This document shows, one piece after another, positions 59,392-64,000 of a stretch of 64,000 nt of DNA (position 1 is its first letter; every line of letters starts with the position of its first letter). The position numbers were made by a program, and so were the translations under genes. The DNA lies in the NCBI GenBank assembly GCA_963716255.1, contig OY970303.1:8288001-8352000 (forward strand). The letters run 5' to 3'. The stretch is from an uncultured Gemmatimonadales bacterium (GTDB lineage Bacteria > Gemmatimonadota > Gemmatimonadetes > Longimicrobiales > Longimicrobiaceae). A model generated the notes under the pieces. It was not told the DNA's origin and ran no database searches. It saw nothing but the letters and a program-made list of their open reading frames with translations.

Positions 59392-60195
59392 ATGTCCACC
59401 CTCCCCGTGCTGATCCACCCGCGCCGCTTCGGCGAGACCTCCCGCCGCGACGCCTGGTGGGTCCAGTCCGCGGTCGTGTTCACCATCCTCGGCTCCTTCG
59501 TCGTCTACGCCACCTGGGCCGCCTTCCAGAACCGGCACTACACCTTCGGGCCGTACCTGTCCCCCTTCTACTCGCCGGAGCTCTTCGGCAGCTCGCCGCA
59601 CGCCTGGCTGGGCCCCAAGCCCGGTTGGTGGCCCGGCTGGCTCCCCTTCTCGCCGGCGCTCGTCATCCTCCCCTTCCCCGGCCTCTTCCGCTTCACCTGC
59701 TACTACTACCGCGGCGCGTACTACAAGGCGTTCTGGGCCGATCCGCCCGCCTGCGCCGTGGGCGAGCCGCGCAAGAGCTACCTCGGGGAGCGCCGCTTCC
59801 CGCTGGTGCTGCAGAACGTCCACCGCTACTTCCTGTACGTCGCCCTGCTCTTCCTCCTGGTGCTGGCGTACGACGCGTACAAGGCGATGTGGTTCGCCGA
59901 CCCGGTCACGGGCCGGCGGGAGTTCGGGATCGGCGTGGGGACGCTGGTGCTCACGCTGAACGTGGTGCTGCTCACCGGCTACACCCTGGGGTGCCACTCG
60001 CTGCGCCACCTGGTGGGCGGGCGGCTGGACCAGCCCTCGCGGCACCCGGTGCAGCACGCCTGCTGGCAGGGATGCAGCCGCCTCAACGGCAGGCACATGC
60101 GCTGGGCGTGGGCCAGCCTGTTCGGCGTCGCCTTCGCCGACCTGTACGTGCGCATGTGCTCCATGGGGATCTGGACGGACTGGAGGCTCTTCTGA
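59392..60195 (+). CDS. Succinate dehydrogenase membrane subunit (actinobacterial Sdh1-like)
   Basis: Several TM helices; FRFTCYYYR, QNVHRYF, GCHSLRH; coupled to sdhA. Confidence 0.8.
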   Translation: MSTLPVLIHPRRFGETSRRDAWWVQSAVVFTILGSFVVYATWAAFQNRHYTFGPYLSPFYSPELFGSSPHAWLGPKPGWWPGWLPFSPALVILPFPGLFRFTCYYYRGAYYKAFWADPPACAVGEPRKSYLGERRFPLVLQNVHRYFLYVALLFLLVLAYDAYKAMWFADPVTGRREFGIGVGTLVLTLNVVLLTGYTLGCHSLRHLVGGRLDQPSRHPVQHACWQGCSRLNGRHMRWAWASLFGVAFADLYVRMCSMGIWTDWRLF

Positions 60196-62009
60196 TGGCG
60201 GACTTCCAGAGCCACGACCACGACGTGCTGGTGATCGGCGCGGGGGGCGCGGGACTGCGGGCGGCGATCGCCGCGGCGGCCGAAGGGGTGCGGGTGGGGC
60301 TGGTGTGCAAGTCGCTGCTGGGCAAGGCGCACACCGTGATGGCCGAGGGCGGCGCAGCGGCGGCCATGGGCAACGTGGACGACCGCGACAGCTGGCGGGT
60401 GCACTTCGCCGACACCATGCGCGGCGGACAGTACCTGAACAACTGGCGCATGGCCGAGCTGCACGCCCGCGAGGCCCCGGAGCGCATCCGCGAGCTGGAG
60501 GCGTGGGGGGCGCTCTTCGACCGCACCCCGGACGGGCGCATCCTGCAGCGCAACTTCGGCGGGCACCGCTACCCGCGCCTGGCGCACGTGGGCGACCGCA
60601 CGGGGCTGGAGATGATCCGCACCCTGCAGGACCACGGGATCCACCAGGGGATCGACGTGCACATGGAGTGCACCGTGCTCACCCTGCTCCAGGACGGCGG
60701 GCGGGTGTCCGGGGCGGTGGTCTACGACCGCGAGCGGGGGCGCTTCCGCGTGTTCCGCGCGCGGGCGGTGGTGCTGGCCACCGGGGGGATCGGGCGGGCG
60801 TACAAGATCACCAGCAACTCGTGGGAGTACACCGGCGACGGGCACGCCCTCGCCTACCAGGCCGGGGCGGCGCTCCAGGACATGGAGTTCGTGCAGTTCC
60901 ACCCCACCGGCATGGTATGGCCGCCGAGCGTGCGCGGGATCCTGGTGACGGAGGGGGTGCGCGGCGAGGGCGGGATCCTGGTGAACGCCGAGGGCCGCCG
61001 CTTCATGTTCGACGACATCCCCGACAACTACCGCGCCCAGACCGCCGACTCGCCGGACGAGGGGTGGCGCTACACCCAGGGCGACAAGGACGCCCGCCGC
61101 CCCCCGGAGCTGCTCACCCGCGACCACGTGGCCCGCTGCATCGTGCGCGAGGTGCGCGAGGGGCGCGGGAGCCCCCACGGCGGCGTGTACCTGGACATCT
61201 CCTGGATCAAGGAGCGCCTCCCCGGCGCCGAGGAGCACATCCGCAGGAAGCTCCCCAGCATGTACCACCAGTTCAAGCAGCTCGCCGACATCGACATCAC
61301 CCGCGAGGCGATGGAGGTGGGCCCCACCACCCACTACATGATGGGCGGGATCCGCGTGAACGGCGACTCGCAGATGTCCACCGTCCCCGGGCTCTTCGCC
61401 GCGGGGGAGTGCGCCGCCGGGCTGCACGGCGCCAACCGGCTGGGCGGCAACTCGCTGTCCGACCTGCTGGTGTTCGGCAAGCGCGCCGGGGAACACGCCG
61501 CCCGCTTCGCCCGCGACCACGGCGAGGCCGGCGTGGACCCCGCGGCGGTGGACGAGGCCACCCGCCTGGCGCTGGAGCCCTTCGAGCGCGGCGCGGGGGT
61601 GGAGGGGCCGTACCAGGTGCAGCACGACCTTCAGGAAACCATGCAGGACCTGGTGGGGATCGTGCGGCGCGGCGAGGAGATGGAGCGGGCACTGGAGGGG
61701 ATCGCCGGGCTGTGGGAGCGCGCGGCGCGGGTGGGGGTGGGCGGGAACCGGGAGTACAACCCCGGCTGGCACACCGCGCTCGACCTCCCCAACCTGCTCA
61801 CGGTGTCCGAGGCGATCGCGCGCGCGGCACTGGAGCGCCGGGAGAGCCGCGGCGGGCACTTCCGCGACGACTACCCGGACAAGGACCCCGCATTCGGCAC
61901 CTTCAACGTCCTCGTCCGCAGGGGCCCCGGCGGGGAGATGCAGATCACGCGCGAGCCCATCGCCGCCATGCCGGCGGAGCTCAAGCAGGTCATCGAGGAG
62001 AACGCATGA
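60195..62009 (+). CDS. sdhA: Succinate dehydrogenase/fumarate reductase flavoprotein
   Basis: VIGAGGAG, AHTVMAEGG, QFHPTG, TEGVRGEGG, HYMMGG, HGANRLGGNSL, ESRGGH. Confidence 0.95.
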   Translation: MADFQSHDHDVLVIGAGGAGLRAAIAAAAEGVRVGLVCKSLLGKAHTVMAEGGAAAAMGNVDDRDSWRVHFADTMRGGQYLNNWRMAELHAREAPERIRELEAWGALFDRTPDGRILQRNFGGHRYPRLAHVGDRTGLEMIRTLQDHGIHQGIDVHMECTVLTLLQDGGRVSGAVVYDRERGRFRVFRARAVVLATGGIGRAYKITSNSWEYTGDGHALAYQAGAALQDMEFVQFHPTGMVWPPSVRGILVTEGVRGEGGILVNAEGRRFMFDDIPDNYRAQTADSPDEGWRYTQGDKDARRPPELLTRDHVARCIVREVREGRGSPHGGVYLDISWIKERLPGAEEHIRRKLPSMYHQFKQLADIDITREAMEVGPTTHYMMGGIRVNGDSQMSTVPGLFAAGECAAGLHGANRLGGNSLSDLLVFGKRAGEHAARFARDHGEAGVDPAAVDEATRLALEPFERGAGVEGPYQVQHDLQETMQDLVGIVRRGEEMERALEGIAGLWERAARVGVGGNREYNPGWHTALDLPNLLTVSEAIARAALERRESRGGHFRDDYPDKDPAFGTFNVLVRRGPGGEMQITREPIAAMPAELKQVIEENA

Positions 62010-62863
62010 GCGCCACCGAACAGGGCGCGGCGTCCGCCACCGCGGCCAGCCAGGAAACGGTGCGCGCCGGCCGGCTCGCGGCGGCGCGGGTCGCGGAGTC
62101 CGCGCCCGCCCCCGGGCAGCGGGCGACGTTCCGCCTCTGGCGCGGCGACGCCGCGGGGGGCGCGCTCCAGGACTACACCACCCCCGTATCCGAGGGGATG
62201 GTGGTGCTCGACGCCGTCCACCAGATCCAGGCCGAGCAGGCCAACGACCTGGCGGTGCGCTGGAACTGCAAGGCCGGCAAGTGCGGCTCCTGCTCGGCGG
62301 AGATCAACGGCATGCCGCGGCTGATGTGCATGACCCGCCTCAGCGACCTGGACCTGGCCAGGCCGGTGACGGTGGAGCCCATGCGGGCCTTCCCCCCGCT
62401 GCGCGACCTGGTGACGGACGTGTCGTGGAACTTCCGCACCAAGGAGCGCATCAAGCCGTTCAAGCCGCGGGCCCCCGACGCCCCGGACGGCACCTGGCGC
62501 ATGGACCAGCGCGACGTGGACCGGGTGCAGGAGTTCCGCAAGTGCATCGAGTGCTTCCTCTGCCAGGACGTCTGCCACGTGCTTCGCGACCACGGCAAGC
62601 ACGGCGAGTTCATCGGCCCGCGCTTCCTGGTGCAGGTGGCCGCGCTGGAGATGCACCCGCTGGACACCGAGAACCGCGTGGACGAGCTCAAGGAAGCGTA
62701 CGGCGTGGGCTACTGCAACATCACCAAGTGCTGCACCAAGGTGTGCCCGGAGAACATCACCATCACCGACAACGCCATCATCCCGCTCAAGGAGAGGGTG
62801 GTGGACCGGCACTACGACCCGCTCGCCAAGCTCGTTCAACTCGTGCGAAGGAGGAAGCCATGA
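62006..62863 (+). CDS. sdhB: Succinate dehydrogenase iron-sulfur subunit
   Basis: CKAGKCGSC...C, CIECFLCQDVC, CNITKCCTKVCP. Confidence 0.95.
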   Translation: MSATEQGAASATAASQETVRAGRLAAARVAESAPAPGQRATFRLWRGDAAGGALQDYTTPVSEGMVVLDAVHQIQAEQANDLAVRWNCKAGKCGSCSAEINGMPRLMCMTRLSDLDLARPVTVEPMRAFPPLRDLVTDVSWNFRTKERIKPFKPRAPDAPDGTWRMDQRDVDRVQEFRKCIECFLCQDVCHVLRDHGKHGEFIGPRFLVQVAALEMHPLDTENRVDELKEAYGVGYCNITKCCTKVCPENITITDNAIIPLKERVVDRHYDPLAKLVQLVRRRKP

Positions 62864-63219
62864 TCCGAGTGGTCCACCTGTTTGACGTCAGGCGCGGTGT
62901 CAACGAGCAGTCCTTCATCGAGTGGCTGGACGCGAAGCTGGACGTGGCCTCGCGGCAGTTCGGGTGCGTGGACCGCAAGACCTGGGCGCTGCTGGACGGG
63001 TTCGCCGGCAGCTACGCGAGCCCCCGGCCGGTCAAGGACCGGCCCAAGTACGTCAACGAGGCGTACTACACCGACATGGACGGCCCCAACCAGTTCCGCG
63101 AGTGGCTCACCGGTACGTCCGAGGGGCGGGAGGTGCACGACCGCTGGTTCAACTCCGTCGAGAACCACACCGTTTTACGGTATGTCGAAGGGTGGTCCAA
63201 GGTCGGTTCGGACGAGTAA
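62860..63219 (+). CDS. Hypothetical 119-aa protein coupled to sdhB
   Basis: GGAGG RBS and ATGA overlap; MIRVVHLFDVRRGVNEQSFIEWL resembles a dimeric alpha/beta-barrel pattern. Confidence 0.7.
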   Translation: MIRVVHLFDVRRGVNEQSFIEWLDAKLDVASRQFGCVDRKTWALLDGFAGSYASPRPVKDRPKYVNEAYYTDMDGPNQFREWLTGTSEGREVHDRWFNSVENHTVLRYVEGWSKVGSDE

Positions 63220-63241
63220 GGCAACGGCAACGGAAGTGTCT

Positions 63242-63375
63242 GGGCGTGCCCCCGGCTGGCGCCGGGGTCGGGCTTCGGCTCCGTAAGCCCGCAAACAACG
63301 CGGGCTAACGGAGTCGAGCCCCGGCGGAAACAGCCCCGCCGGGTCCCGCCCATTCGGGCCGTAATCCCTCACGCG
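63242..63375 (-). repeat. Dispersed structured repeat, copy 10 (type I)
   Basis: Reverse-complement consensus match. Confidence 0.95.
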
Positions 63376-63390
63376 ATCCGGAAGACGGCC

Positions 63391-63939
63391 ATGATCCTCC
63401 GACGACTACTTGTACTTGCGGCAGTCATGGCGACGGTGGAGTCCGGCTGCTCGCCGTCGCGCCCCGCCTTTCGGCCCACGGCCACGCCCACGGCACGGGA
63501 GCACGACCGCGCCCTGGCGCTCCTCATGACGACGGACGTGTTCGCCGACGGTCACGTGGGCATCGACGGCGCGCCATCGGAGCAAGCGATGGCCTTCTAC
63601 GTCGTCCTGCACTCCCCACGTGCTGCGGCCTCCTTCACCGCTCTCGTCGAAAACGGAAGCCTTCCCGGAAAGCTCTATGGGCTCAGCGGGCTCTATCTCA
63701 CCGACCGGAGGGCGTTCAAGCGCTCAGCCGAGCCATTCCGCGCGAGTACCGACACGGTGCCGACGTACTCCGGATGCATCGGGGGATGGGGTTCGGTCGC
63801 GAGCTTGGTGTCGAGCCGCTACGCAATGAGGATTCACGAGCCCGTCGACCTGCCGACGGTGTGGCAGCAGATGACGGGGACGTGCGACATCGCCGGGGGG
63901 TGCTATCCATATAGCTTCGCCTCGATCTTCGCCCGGTAG
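63391..63939 (+). CDS. Hypothetical secreted protein/lipoprotein
   Basis: Hydrophobic N-terminus with SGC; KLYGLSGLY, YSGCIG; codon usage less GC3-biased than neighbours. Confidence 0.55.
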   Translation: MILRRLLVLAAVMATVESGCSPSRPAFRPTATPTAREHDRALALLMTTDVFADGHVGIDGAPSEQAMAFYVVLHSPRAAASFTALVENGSLPGKLYGLSGLYLTDRRAFKRSAEPFRASTDTVPTYSGCIGGWGSVASLVSSRYAMRIHEPVDLPTVWQQMTGTCDIAGGCYPYSFASIFAR

Positions 63940-64000
63940 CCGCCCGGGGACGAACGCCCCACGACCGCAGCGGACGCACGCGAAAAGAGCCGGCCCCGCT

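Noticed and set aside
59283..60194. N-terminal extension of sdhA in the 908-aa ORF
   Set aside because: It overlaps the membrane subunit in another frame; TGATG coupling places the start at 60195.

Overview
High-GC bacterial chromosomal segment. The gene set and protein style (rpoZ, DUF5715-like protein) suggest Gemmatimonadota/Longimicrobium-like, which is an inference. From 1 to about 16.9 kb is a mostly minus-strand housekeeping run: gltA, icd, pepA, an outer-membrane protein, yicC, gmk, rpoZ, coaBC, UDG, dnaB, radA, ispD, an LMW phosphatase and aroE, plus an ECF sigma, a dksA-like gene and tRNA-Leu(CAA). Next come a TetR-led aromatic/acyl-CoA catabolic operon, a low-GC ABC-ATPase plus TOPRIM-like two-gene island, a ku-ligD NHEJ operon coupled to two atypical receiver proteins, and an orphan HigA-like/ParA module. 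Then ldhA, rplU-rpmA, RNase G/E, acyl-CoA dehydrogenase and recQ, followed by a three-gene secreted cassette resembling an atypical chaperone-usher pilus, heme oxygenase plus bacteriophytochrome, peptidases and an sdhCAB operon. The most striking unannotated signal is a ~130-150 bp dispersed element present 10 times in both orientations. It folds into a multi-stem structure whose stems covary between copies while the loops stay conserved. All calls come from motif recognition by eye; no database search was run.
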